A stretch of DNA of 64,000 nt. Origin: a virus. Taxonomy: Duplodnaviria; Caudoviricetes. A program made the position numbers and the translations under genes. Each line of letters opens with the position of its first letter. Within the stretch, counting starts at the first letter, position 1. Below, piece by piece: positions 9,338-18,426 of this stretch. Location of the stretch: the IMG/VR virus record IMGVR_UViG_3300014204_000129, positions 32,001 to 96,000 of that record. One strand, 5' to 3'. The notes below the pieces were generated by a model. That model was not told where the DNA came from. It made no database searches and saw nothing but the letters and a program-made list of their open reading frames with translations.

Positions 9338-9958
9338 ATGGTAGATGAAAAGCGTCTAGAAGATTATTTTAACCCGACAGCACCACCCCCTCAGCCCTTT
9401 GATGGTAGGGTGGATAGTATGGAACTAATCCAGCAGAAGAAGTATACTAGTAAAGAAACCCCGGATGACCAGCTAACTCCAGAAGATTTTGAGGATGTGG
9501 TTCATATTATCTGGACAGCCTTGAAGGAAGATCAGAGTGGGCGTCAGAAGTGGATTCCTGCTAAGACCAACAAGAATTCTAAGTGGCAGTATTGGTTGAA
9601 GTGCTGGAAGGACTTGGGTATTGAGCCTAATCAGATTGTTGGTATTGCGGCGCATTTTGAGCAGCATGAAGAGATCAAGGTAGGAAATAGCAGCAGGCCC
9701 TTCAAGGATATGTTGATTCCTGTATCTCTTATTACAGCAGAGGAAGCTACTAGTGATGAGGGTGTGGTTACCTATCTGTCACAGATCTTTAGTGATAGTA
9801 ATACTATGAGTTGGTCCGATTATGTGGGTAAAGTAATCGGCACAGATGCCTCGAAGAATTCTAACCTGCTCTCTCAGTTGACCAATAAGAGCGTTCTTGC
9901 TCAGGTCGAAGGGGTGAGTATCAATGGGGCTGATATCAGTTTCACGCCCCCGTTCTAA
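9338..9958 (+). CDS. hypothetical protein, possibly ssDNA-binding
   Basis: Heads the recombination module; ends in PF; no firm motif. Confidence 0.45.
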   Translation: MVDEKRLEDYFNPTAPPPQPFDGRVDSMELIQQKKYTSKETPDDQLTPEDFEDVVHIIWTALKEDQSGRQKWIPAKTNKNSKWQYWLKCWKDLGIEPNQIVGIAAHFEQHEEIKVGNSSRPFKDMLIPVSLITAEEATSDEGVVTYLSQIFSDSNTMSWSDYVGKVIGTDASKNSNLLSQLTNKSVLAQVEGVSINGADISFTPPF

Positions 9959-10645
9959 TTGGAACTTATTGTTGACATACACGAGCCTAAAGCTATAGAC
10001 CCATTGTTAGTTGCTAAACTGGGAGAGGGTGTGGTTAGACGCCCTCTCCCAACTGGTGATTATACATTCATGGGCAAAGAGGGCTGTGTAGTCATTGAAC
10101 GTAAGGCCGTGAATGATCTCTATGGCTCATTCATGAAAGGAAGATTACAGGATCAATTACGAAGATGCCTATCCATGTCATCCCAAGCTTTCCTTCTTAT
10201 AGAAGGGTCACTAAAGGAATCTCATGGGTTTCTTGTTGCAGGTAATGGCAAGAGGATGAAGACGCCTTACACAGCACTATCTAATTTTCTAGTTAGTGCC
10301 CAGGCTGAGGGGATTAATATACTACTCAGCACTTCACTTGAAAACACTGCCAGTGTAATAGCTGGATTATATAATTACTTTCAGAAAGAAACACACAAGT
10401 CTATGGCAGATAGTGGAACTAGAAGCAAGGTGTGTAAGACACTACTAGATCAGCAGGTGTTGTTTCTTACCGGGCTACCTGGTATTGGGGAACAGCTGGC
10501 TAAGGATATATTAAGTGTGTACTTTAGTCCGGCACTGGCCATACAAGGTAACCTTGAGGGTGTAAAAGGTGTTGGGCCAAAGAAGAGGGAAGTGGCTATT
10601 AATGTTCTATATGGAATTGATAAAGGGGGTGTAAGTGACCAATAG
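9959..10645 (+). CDS. ERCC4 (XPF/Mus81/Hef) nuclease with HhH motifs
   Basis: IVD.HE, L..GDY, IERK...DL..S...GRL..Q; LPGIG and VKGVG HhH. Confidence 0.88.
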   Translation: MELIVDIHEPKAIDPLLVAKLGEGVVRRPLPTGDYTFMGKEGCVVIERKAVNDLYGSFMKGRLQDQLRRCLSMSSQAFLLIEGSLKESHGFLVAGNGKRMKTPYTALSNFLVSAQAEGINILLSTSLENTASVIAGLYNYFQKETHKSMADSGTRSKVCKTLLDQQVLFLTGLPGIGEQLAKDILSVYFSPALAIQGNLEGVKGVGPKKREVAINVLYGIDKGGVSDQ

Positions 10646-10662
10646 CTTACAAGTGATATAAT

Positions 10663-11436
10663 ATGGAGATACATCAGTCTGCTGTTAAAGATTTCATGAT
10701 GTGCGGCAAGAAGTTTGAGTATACATATATTAATAAGGTACCACGGACTCTGCCAGAAGCGTTGCTAGTTGGTTCTGCATTCCATTATGCAATGACAGAA
10801 CACTTCCTGCATGGCTATAGCCTCGCTGATACGCAAGCATTGTTTGAGATTGAGATTATGACCCTCGCGCACCAGCGCTCTGATCCTAGATTTGTAAATG
10901 GGTCTGTAGCTGTATGGGAGCGCGGGCCAGAGGAAGCTGTGGGGTATGGTAAAGTATTGCTGGAAGAGTATTGGAATACAGCATTGCCTCTACTCCATGT
11001 TATGGAAGTAGCAAAGTCCTTGAAGAGGAATATACCGAACACTGATATAACAATTGCTGGTGAGCTTGACTTTATTGATGCCAGTGGCAAGATTGTAGAC
11101 TGGAAGGTAAAGGAGCGTGTACCATATAAGACCGAGATTCAAGATGATCTACAGCCAACATTTTATAGCTTCCTTGTTGGTGGTCCAATCACCTTTGAGT
11201 TTCATTATATACTGAAGCAAAAGACACCAAAGGTACGTATTGCAAGAACGACTCGCTCGGCCACTGCTATTCGTTGGATGACCGATGAGATGCTGCCAAG
11301 ATTTGCACGATCAGTGGAGACTGGCTTATACTTGGCAAATCCTACTGGGTGGTGGTGTAGCCCTAAGTGGTGCTCATTCTACAAGGAATGTAGAGGAGAG
11401 CCAAACCCAGAGCCAGAAGTAATAGAACTAGACTAA
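10663..11436 (+). CDS. PD-(D/E)XK RecB/Cas4-like exonuclease
   Basis: N-terminal C, GSAFH, G.LD, IVDWK, Q..FY, C-terminal CSPKWCSFYKEC. Confidence 0.85.
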   Translation: MEIHQSAVKDFMMCGKKFEYTYINKVPRTLPEALLVGSAFHYAMTEHFLHGYSLADTQALFEIEIMTLAHQRSDPRFVNGSVAVWERGPEEAVGYGKVLLEEYWNTALPLLHVMEVAKSLKRNIPNTDITIAGELDFIDASGKIVDWKVKERVPYKTEIQDDLQPTFYSFLVGGPITFEFHYILKQKTPKVRIARTTRSATAIRWMTDEMLPRFARSVETGLYLANPTGWWCSPKWCSFYKECRGEPNPEPEVIELD

Positions 11437-11508
11437 GATCCCTGTAATACTCTTGCTCGAACAGAGCCCAATACTATTATAGGAGAAAAAATATAGAAGG
11501 ATAAATAT

Positions 11509-12270
11509 ATGGAAGGTGAGTTAGTACCCGTCGCTAGTGACGAATATTATAAGATGATGGAAAGAGAGTGGGCCCTAGATATACGCGAACAACGTAAGAT
11601 CGTTCGCAGTAGTGGCTCACAGTTAGTTAGTGACGCTGGAATTAAGCGTGCAGTAGAAATGAGTCGGTCCTATAATGTGCCCCTTGGTGCTATTTGTTTC
11701 ATACCAGCAGGTAAGGAAATGATTCCTTATGTGACTGCTGAGGGAATCAAGTGGGCATATAGGTTAGATACACGTGGGGCTGCTGGTATCATTACGACAT
11801 TCATTCAGTTCCCCACGCCGGAGGTTCCTGTAGCGATTTGCAGGGCAGAGGTCAAGTTCCGTGATGGAAGTTGCTATGTAGGACACGGTCTTGCCAGCCC
11901 GGATCAGAAGGCTAACAAAGACATGTCATTGCCTGATATAGCTATGAAGGCTGAAACAAAGAGTGTTAGACGAGCTATTCAGAACGCTATTGCATTCCCA
12001 TTCTCTGTATACGAAGATGCAATTGAGGTTGCAGAGCGTGGCTGGCAGGCAATGAATAAGTACGAAGAGAAGTTAAATACAGTTGATGGTACTGCAACAG
12101 AGCTGGTAGAGAATATGCCTGCTGTATTTGCAGTGGCAATGAATGAACTAAAGATACCCTATCTTGAAACAGTAGAGATATTAAAGAAGTTACTAGGAGT
12201 AGAGGAACCCCTTAGTTATGGTGATCCTGCGGGTGCTTTAGAGCAACTAAAGAAATACGTGGAGAAGTAG
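11509..12270 (+). CDS. single-strand annealing protein (Rad52/Sak/RecT-like)
   Basis: PYVTAEG ... MKAETKSVRRAI; follows the exonuclease. Confidence 0.65.
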   Translation: MEGELVPVASDEYYKMMEREWALDIREQRKIVRSSGSQLVSDAGIKRAVEMSRSYNVPLGAICFIPAGKEMIPYVTAEGIKWAYRLDTRGAAGIITTFIQFPTPEVPVAICRAEVKFRDGSCYVGHGLASPDQKANKDMSLPDIAMKAETKSVRRAIQNAIAFPFSVYEDAIEVAERGWQAMNKYEEKLNTVDGTATELVENMPAVFAVAMNELKIPYLETVEILKKLLGVEEPLSYGDPAGALEQLKKYVEK

Positions 12271-12271
12271 T

Positions 12272-12742
12272 GTGGTAAAGAGAGCTGTTAGTGATATTAT
12301 TATGAAGCCAGAGATACATGATGTAGTTACTATAGTTGATACAAGCGCCCCACCCGCCCCTATCCCAGTCCCGCTGGTAGATACTGAGTATAGGCTGTCT
12401 ATCGGGGACTTGGTAGAGCTTTCTATTGTTGGTGCAGAGTTTACCAATGCACAGGCAGTAGTAGTGTATTCTGCTAATAAGTTTATTGTAGCTAGAGGTA
12501 GGCATATAGGGGGAGTATACTTTATCCCCTATTCTGCTATAGCAATGTCAACTACAATTACAAATGAGATATATAATGAAGAGTTTCCTATGTATAGGGA
12601 TACTCTGTACACAGTTCGTCTGCAAAATGGCTTATCTAAGATGTTATTTGTTGATGCTATAGGCAGTGATTCTGTGCTTTGCCGATTGGGAGCTAAGCCA
12701 GTTATTATTCCCTTGAATAAGTTGGCCTATATAAAGCTATGA
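12272..12742 (+). CDS. hypothetical protein with possible tandem Sm/Hfq-like barrels
   Basis: two ~50 aa beta-rich units ending FIPYSAIA and IIPLNKLAYI. Confidence 0.5.
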   Translation: MVKRAVSDIIMKPEIHDVVTIVDTSAPPAPIPVPLVDTEYRLSIGDLVELSIVGAEFTNAQAVVVYSANKFIVARGRHIGGVYFIPYSAIAMSTTITNEIYNEEFPMYRDTLYTVRLQNGLSKMLFVDAIGSDSVLCRLGAKPVIIPLNKLAYIKL

Positions 12743-12921
12743 AGGCAATAGTTGATATGAGGGTAAGGGTCTGGGATTCTTACCCTCTTGCCTTTATACA
12801 GTTAAATAATGAAGAAGCAATATATGTGTATGTTGGTAATGAGAGGCTGCTGCAAGGAATATTAGATAAGTTAAATGAGAAGGGTGTTATATCCTATAAT
12901 ATAATAAGGGATAATGACTGA
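12739..12921 (+). CDS. hypothetical protein
   Basis: ATGA-coupled ORF. Confidence 0.55.
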   Translation: MKAIVDMRVRVWDSYPLAFIQLNNEEAIYVYVGNERLLQGILDKLNEKGVISYNIIRDND

Positions 12922-13222
12922 TAATATTGACCTGAAGATAACAGTAGCAACTACTATTGAGGACTTCTCTGTTATTAACTTACCAATGGTAGTGGTTAAG
13001 GTTAAGTATCCACTGACTCCGTTTGGCAAGAGAATGCTTGTTTGGTGTAAGAAGCACTTGCCTTGCTATAGGATAATAGAAGAGACCTCTGGTGAGCTAC
13101 TAGAAGAGAGGAACTTTATAAAGGAGTTCATTCGTGAGAATGATGTATCATATACAGAGGATACTATTACTAATGCTGAGCTTGCTGCTTTGTTCCGTAG
13201 TGGAAGTTTCAGTCTACGATGA
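12914..13222 (+). CDS. hypothetical protein
   Basis: coupled ORF. Confidence 0.6.
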   Translation: MTDNIDLKITVATTIEDFSVINLPMVVVKVKYPLTPFGKRMLVWCKKHLPCYRIIEETSGELLEERNFIKEFIRENDVSYTEDTITNAELAALFRSGSFSLR

Positions 13223-13524
13223 GTGAATACACTGATACTGAGAAGAGAATATTAGAGAAGTTGGTAGAATTCAATGGCATAATGACCTATGATGATATAA
13301 GGGAAGTTTTGTGCCGCGGCAATGGCTATATGGAACGAGAATTCATTATGCCTGCCGTAAGAGCACTGATTCAGCGTGGGATTATAGATAATATATATAA
13401 CACTGTGTCTGAAGAAGCACGAGTTGCTAAAGCCCTTCCTATAAGAAAGGCATATATAATGCTTCCAGATAGTTGGTATATAAAGTTATCTATTGCAACT
13501 AAAACACTAGAGTGGTATCTATAA
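13219..13524 (+). CDS. winged-helix-like protein
   Basis: TDTEKRILE.L...MTYDDI...AVRALIQRGII pattern. Confidence 0.55.
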   Translation: MSEYTDTEKRILEKLVEFNGIMTYDDIREVLCRGNGYMEREFIMPAVRALIQRGIIDNIYNTVSEEARVAKALPIRKAYIMLPDSWYIKLSIATKTLEWYL

Positions 13525-13539
13525 ATAAGGGGTGTCTAT

Positions 13540-13974
13540 ATGAGACGTACAAGTGTGTGGTATAATAGGCTTACTGCGGGTGAGCGGAGGGTCTTGTATC
13601 AGCTTGAGCGGGCTAATCAGGAGATTATTCCTGGTAGTTGCTTCCTACCAGAAGGCTACAGTGAATGCTCTTTCTGTAGTACACCGTGCTCTGGTGGGGG
13701 GCTGTGTCCACTTTGCTCCAATGAGCTGAGTAGGCTAATTAGTACAGCAGACATTGCTATTGATATTACGGGCCAGGGGTGGGACAACGAAGAAGCTGTT
13801 ACATATTATCTAGTAAGATTCCCAGACGGGCATGAAATGAAGCTATACTATCCTGACATATTCGACCACTATGACACTGAAGATGCATACGATCATGCGA
13901 AGTTGATTGCACGGGAGTATTGGCAAGGTAAGGAGAAGGTATTTACAGAGACTTGGCTATTCAAGGACAACTAA
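13540..13974 (+). CDS. Zn-finger hypothetical protein
   Basis: CSFC...CPLC. Confidence 0.65.
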   Translation: MRRTSVWYNRLTAGERRVLYQLERANQEIIPGSCFLPEGYSECSFCSTPCSGGGLCPLCSNELSRLISTADIAIDITGQGWDNEEAVTYYLVRFPDGHEMKLYYPDIFDHYDTEDAYDHAKLIAREYWQGKEKVFTETWLFKDN

Positions 13975-13987
13975 TAGGGGGATAATT

Positions 13988-14206
13988 ATGGCGCATACCC
14001 GTGTCACGCCACTTATGCTGATGCACTCAGCTGCTTATGACATTCGTAATGGTGTTCATTGGGAGATGCTAGAGTTAGAAAACAGGGGACGCAGAGATAT
14101 AGCACGTTATGTAAAAGATGCTCTTGATAAGGGCTATACAGCACTTGATATTGCGCTAGCATGTGCAGGTGCACCTATTCCTGATGATAAAGTGTGGGAA
14201 GACTGA
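13988..14206 (+). CDS. hypothetical protein
   Basis: AGGGG upstream of ATG 13988. Confidence 0.6.
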   Translation: MAHTRVTPLMLMHSAAYDIRNGVHWEMLELENRGRRDIARYVKDALDKGYTALDIALACAGAPIPDDKVWED

Positions 14207-14221
14207 CCAACAGGAGGTAAT

Positions 14222-14413
14222 ATGAAACGCTATCTACTATTCGCAGGTTGGATCTACTATCCTTCAGGTGGCTGGAAGGATTTGGTTGAATCTTTCTCTA
14301 CTATTGAAGACGCACTAGATGCTGCCTTCACACATGGGGGTAGCCTTACGTGGTACCAGATCGTTGATACAAGCAGTGGCGCAATTGTAAGGGAAAGGGA
14401 GAATGTATCTTAG
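14222..14413 (+). CDS. conserved phage hypothetical protein
   Basis: AGGAGG RBS; RYLLFAG..YYPSGGW.D motif. Confidence 0.75.
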   Translation: MKRYLLFAGWIYYPSGGWKDLVESFSTIEDALDAAFTHGGSLTWYQIVDTSSGAIVRERENVS

Positions 14414-14626
14414 ATGTATATTAATATAATTATCAACCCCTCTCCACCCTCTCTCCTAACCAGTATTGCTATTTACTGTACTGAGGGCAAAGGGTGGACC
14501 TATGATCTAACCCAAGAGCGCTTTCGGCGCCCAGGAGAGTACTTTAGTAGCAGCGAGGAAGCTACAAAGGCCGCACTGAAGTATTTTATAGACAATTATG
14601 ATATTCTTATGGAGAGAAAGTCATAG
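14414..14626 (+). CDS. hypothetical protein
   Basis: abuts the previous gene. Confidence 0.5.
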   Translation: MYINIIINPSPPSLLTSIAIYCTEGKGWTYDLTQERFRRPGEYFSSSEEATKAALKYFIDNYDILMERKS

Positions 14627-14853
14627 CAGTAGTGTATAGGGGTATGATCAGGCAATTCTGTGAGATGATGATGCGCGAGGGCTACCACCCAACGGCAACT
14701 GTGAGCGTTGCAATGAGCCCACACATACTGTCGAGGAACAGTGCCCTCACTTACTGCCCAGCTTGTATGCAGTATACTGGGATAATCCACCAAGCACAAT
14801 CTATGTAGAGGACACAGCATCTCATAGATCTACTTGTACAAGGAGCAGCAAAT

Positions 14854-15018
14854 ATGAGTTGGCAAGTAGTGATAGAGTTCTATGGACTACACTTGGATAT
14901 TGAAGCACCCACTGCTGAAGTGGCAGAAGCCTTAGCACTAGAATCACCAGAGGTTCAAACACTAATTGATGCCCTTGGTGAACCCTTTGAAGTATATGTA
15001 AAGGAGATTATAGAATGA
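14854..15018 (+). CDS. 54 aa acidic hypothetical protein (absent from the ORF track)
   Basis: AAGGAG RBS; MSWQVVIEFYG...VKEIIE; ATGA overlap with the next gene. Confidence 0.7.
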   Translation: MSWQVVIEFYGLHLDIEAPTAEVAEALALESPEVQTLIDALGEPFEVYVKEIIE

Positions 15019-15602
15019 TTTTTAATGATGATGCCATGAAGAATATTTATCTTGGTTTTAAGACGCAGGCCAGGCTTCCTATAATGCCACAACCACAAGG
15101 ACATTACGCTGGTAATAAAACATTCTCCTTGCCAGATCGGGACACTACTCTGATGTACCCATACGCCATGCACTACCCTATACCATTACAAGAATCTTAT
15201 ACTATTATAGGTGACAGGGTAGTGTATAAAGCAGGTTCTATAGACAATTATGGTTGCTTCTGGAGTGATATTGCGTGTGATCCTAGTAGGGTGAAGTGGA
15301 AGTCCGCAGAGACTATGCTAGATAGCTTTGTAAGATATGATATTGTAATTAATAGATATTGGATAGAAAGGATCCAGAGTATTCGTGTCAAGGATATCGA
15401 GGATATGGCTATCAGTTTTGTTAATAAGTTGCCACTGATAGTACCTAAGGGCAGAATTGTTTCTGGTGAGTTTGTAGAGAAGGTAGCTAAGGATGAGTTC
15501 GCAATAGTTTGGAATAGGTGGCATAGTGGGCTGTACTCTTGGGATAATAATCCTTGGGTTTGGGTGTTTACGTTTAAGGCAAATAAGCGTGGACCCCACT
15601 GA
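15015..15602 (+). CDS. ASCH/PUA-like phage protein
   Basis: MIFN.......G.KTQ.R.PI.PQP and SW..NPWVWV.TF. Confidence 0.7.
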   Translation: MIFNDDAMKNIYLGFKTQARLPIMPQPQGHYAGNKTFSLPDRDTTLMYPYAMHYPIPLQESYTIIGDRVVYKAGSIDNYGCFWSDIACDPSRVKWKSAETMLDSFVRYDIVINRYWIERIQSIRVKDIEDMAISFVNKLPLIVPKGRIVSGEFVEKVAKDEFAIVWNRWHSGLYSWDNNPWVWVFTFKANKRGPH

Positions 15603-15828
15603 GTGTAATAAACAATTACGGTATGCTGATGATGATCTAATTATAGGTGAATTTCTAGAGTGGTACTTTAATAACTCTATTAGACCAGGGAGTGTTATTT
15701 GTAACTGTTGTGGGGCAGGGCTAGAAGTAGAGAGTATTAACAATATACTGGCAAGATACCATCACATAGACCTAACCAGGCTCTCCCTAGAAAAGAAAGC
15801 TATACTGGAGTCTTTACGTAGTGTATGA
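15526..15828 (+). CDS. hypothetical protein (start probably GTG 15589)
   Basis: IGEFLEW motif, CxCC. Confidence 0.55.
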   Translation: MGCTLGIIILGFGCLRLRQISVDPTECNKQLRYADDDLIIGEFLEWYFNNSIRPGSVICNCCGAGLEVESINNILARYHHIDLTRLSLEKKAILESLRSV

Positions 15829-16024
15829 GCAGCCTAGCTCTGAGTGTAGAGTATGTAATGGTGCTGGCACTGTGGGCCGCTGGAGAAATAATGGCAAGTT
15901 TGTGCAACGGCGGTGCCCACACTGTAAAGGCTGTGGAAGATTATATTCATCTATGGCGCCTAGCACAGAGCCCGTGATATCTAGTAATGAGGAGGAACAT
16001 GTACACCACCAATCGACTCAATAA
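15821..16024 (+). CDS. DnaJ-type Zn-finger protein
   Basis: CRVCNGAG and CPHCKGCG. Confidence 0.65.
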   Translation: MYEQPSSECRVCNGAGTVGRWRNNGKFVQRRCPHCKGCGRLYSSMAPSTEPVISSNEEEHVHHQSTQ

Positions 16025-16316
16025 TATACCATGTGGTTCTATATTTAGAGTACCTGATGGTAACACTCTGATGGTTAAGCAGGGATATGTTACTGCCACT
16101 AACTCCTGGTACTGTAAAGGTGTTGATGGTAAAGGAGACTATTTCTTCTCAGTAGAGAGTAATTATATGGTAGTTGTGCTAGATGTTAAGAAGGCTGTGG
16201 AGTTTGTAGAAGAGACTTGTGCAGCCTTTACATCTTCCATAGACCCCCTTGCGCTTTGGTATCGTATAGATAGCCTTGTAAAGGAGCTAAACTATGATAG
16301 ATTCCACACTGTTTAG
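15987..16316 (+). CDS. hypothetical protein
   Basis: GAGGAGG upstream of an internal ATG. Confidence 0.6.
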   Translation: MRRNMYTTNRLNNIPCGSIFRVPDGNTLMVKQGYVTATNSWYCKGVDGKGDYFFSVESNYMVVVLDVKKAVEFVEETCAAFTSSIDPLALWYRIDSLVKELNYDRFHTV

Positions 16317-16677
16317 GGTGATCGCTCGAACATCAGAGCTTGTATATATAGATTTAATTGGGATGGATAGGGTCGTAAGGTATCCACAGCCACTATATGA
16401 TTCTCTCATCAAGGATAAGCTCTATATAGGTAGATTTGATAGTGATACGCAGTTTATTACCGATATCAAAAGTGCCCCTGAGCCAGACCCCAATGATGGG
16501 ATGACTATGATGTATCCAAGTACTAATATCGAAGTAGGGAACACCTGGGAGTGCTCATTACTATATAATATTCTAAAGAGTCTACACAATAGATGTGGGT
16601 TTACAGAGTGGTGGATGGACATTGACCCTGTAATCCAAGAAGAGATCATTAATGATCTTATATATATTATACGTTAA
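16294..16677 (+). CDS. hypothetical protein
   Basis: AAGGAG RBS. Confidence 0.65.
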   Translation: MIDSTLFRVIARTSELVYIDLIGMDRVVRYPQPLYDSLIKDKLYIGRFDSDTQFITDIKSAPEPDPNDGMTMMYPSTNIEVGNTWECSLLYNILKSLHNRCGFTEWWMDIDPVIQEEIINDLIYIIR

Positions 16678-16725
16678 TATAATATTATTATTAGTAATCA
16701 TTATTATTAGAGGGGTGCTTAGTTT

Positions 16726-17013
16726 ATGTATAAAGTGACATTGCACACAGGGGTGATTACCCCACAGAAGTTAGGAAAGTATACCTGGTTATCATTTAGT
16801 ACTGAGGCCCCATTTATTGGTCAGGGCATGGTTATTGGACCAGATGATGCGGAAATTACCATAGAGGAGTGGGGGTACAGAGACGGAGAATTATGGGGTA
16901 ACGGTAGGAACGAAAGCTCTAAGCTTTGCTCTACATTAGAAGAATATAATAATGAGATACAATACTTTGTAGATCGTGGTTGGAAGATAGATTACGAATT
17001 TAATATAAGGTAG
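16726..17013 (+). CDS. hypothetical protein
   Basis: ORF in + run. Confidence 0.6.
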   Translation: MYKVTLHTGVITPQKLGKYTWLSFSTEAPFIGQGMVIGPDDAEITIEEWGYRDGELWGNGRNESSKLCSTLEEYNNEIQYFVDRGWKIDYEFNIR

Positions 17014-17075
17014 AGATTTTATATACTATAATGGTTGAATAAAGGTTGAATCAACTATAATAGTTGGGGGGATAA

Positions 17076-17345
17076 ATGTATTTAGTAACTAAGGTTGACA
17101 GATGCTTCTATTGCTCGGCTGTGCACCACGTATTTTGTAGTTATAGACTTTCCTGTACGCATCCTAAGCATCCACTGTATTCAGCTATTGATAGGAGCAC
17201 CCCTGGCCTTGTAGAGTCTGACCTACAGAGAGATTGTCCACTGGTGAATATAGGGGAGGCCATTGCTAAGGCTTTTAATCAGCCTAAGATTATGGCTGAG
17301 GCATATAATGATATTATAAGGGGGTTGGCTATCAATGAACATTGA
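17076..17345 (+). CDS. Cys-rich hypothetical protein
   Basis: CFYC, CTHP, CP. Confidence 0.6.
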   Translation: MYLVTKVDRCFYCSAVHHVFCSYRLSCTHPKHPLYSAIDRSTPGLVESDLQRDCPLVNIGEAIAKAFNQPKIMAEAYNDIIRGLAINEH

Positions 17346-17640
17346 ACTTGTTTCTTATAGTAACGTAGCATCCTTCAAGCTGCACCAAGCAGGATTAATC
17401 TTTTGTCTAGCACGTATAAATAGTTTTTGTAATGAGTGTGAACTAACAGCCCAGGATATGGGCTACCCACATGTACACTTTAAGCTTATAGAATCTGTTG
17501 ATGATCAGACATATCTTGTAGAAAGTACTCAGCCAACAGAGATATCAGTTAGGATAGTAATGAGTATTATTGAAGAGACGGTTAAGAGACTTGAGTATGC
17601 TAGAGATATGAAGCGAAAGCTTGGGCTGTTTAGATGTTAA
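17335..17640 (+). CDS. hypothetical protein
   Basis: last gene of the + arm. Confidence 0.6.
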   Translation: MNIELVSYSNVASFKLHQAGLIFCLARINSFCNECELTAQDMGYPHVHFKLIESVDDQTYLVESTQPTEISVRIVMSIIEETVKRLEYARDMKRKLGLFRC

Positions 17641-17643
17641 GAA

Positions 17644-17673
17644 GGGGTAGGGGGGAGTAATCCCCCCTATCTT
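17644..17673. terminator. hairpin at the convergence of the two arms (probable bidirectional terminator)
   Basis: GTAGGGGGGA-GTAA-TCCCCCCTAT stem between convergent stop codons. Confidence 0.75.
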
Positions 17674-18343
17674 ATCTTACCGGAGGAGGTACTGGATTAG
17701 AGTGCATAGATAGAGGTCGTGGCCTGTCGCTGTTCCATTGTCGAAGTACTAATCGTATATTGATAGTTGTGGATTGGCTGTAGTCAAGCTGCAACTCTGG
17801 GGCATTATAGAACTCTTGGTAGGACTGCCCAGAGAGTCCTGTGCCCCCACCAACTGCATGAGAACTAAATCCATAGCAACCAACATCACCCACTGTACCT
17901 TGTGGCCCAGTATTACCCGTGCTACTAGTGTAGAATACTGTGGGCCTTTCCCACCAGTAGTCATAATCATTCCACCTATGAATAACTGGCGGTCTCGGAT
18001 CTGTAAATCCTCTAATGTACCGAACAGAAGGAACAAACTCCACGCTAATTACTCCACTTAGATAATCCTCACTATTTATCCCCGCCTCAGCAGCCTCACT
18101 AGTTCCATGAGCATAGAATGTAAACCTTCCATCATCCTCAGCAGGTCTCTCTATCCGTATACTTCCATAACTATTAATTCTCCAAGTACCCACTTCCTGC
18201 CCATCAATTGTGACCTTGGCGTCACAAGCTTCTGCACGCTGATTACCAAGGATTAGGGCATATTTCTGCCTATGAGCGAGTTCTACATACCCGCTACGCT
18301 CTTTACCACCTTCAACACGAACACTAAATCCATTGAGTAACAT
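17672..18343 (-). CDS. hypothetical beta-rich protein with its own promoter
   Basis: AAGGAG RBS; 223 aa. Confidence 0.8.
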   Translation of the reverse strand: MLLNGFSVRVEGGKERSGYVELAHRQKYALILGNQRAEACDAKVTIDGQEVGTWRINSYGSIRIERPAEDDGRFTFYAHGTSEAAEAGINSEDYLSGVISVEFVPSVRYIRGFTDPRPPVIHRWNDYDYWWERPTVFYTSSTGNTGPQGTVGDVGCYGFSSHAVGGGTGLSGQSYQEFYNAPELQLDYSQSTTINIRLVLRQWNSDRPRPLSMHSNPVPPPVR

Positions 18344-18397
18344 TATATTCTCCTTGGGTGGCGAGATTAGATTTGACTGCCACCGTCAACACCTTAT

Positions 18398-18426
18398 ATT
18401 ATACCACTACTTCAGCGGTTTGTCAA
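18398..18426 (-). promoter_or_regulatory. perfect sigma70 consensus promoter
   Basis: TTGACA-17 nt-TATAAT with TG extension. Confidence 0.85.

Noticed and set aside
14685-14710. Cobalamin or SAM-I riboswitch (GGCAACTGTGA)
   Set aside because: Only a short word matches; the other conserved elements are absent
16670-17075. Replication origin (AT-rich tract, GGTTGAAT x2, CAACTATAATAGTTG near-palindrome)
   Set aside because: Too short and only two repeat copies; cannot be distinguished from promoter/operator sequence
18355-18390. tRNA/tmRNA fragment
   Set aside because: No cloverleaf or TTC-RA arm; better explained as a leader structure
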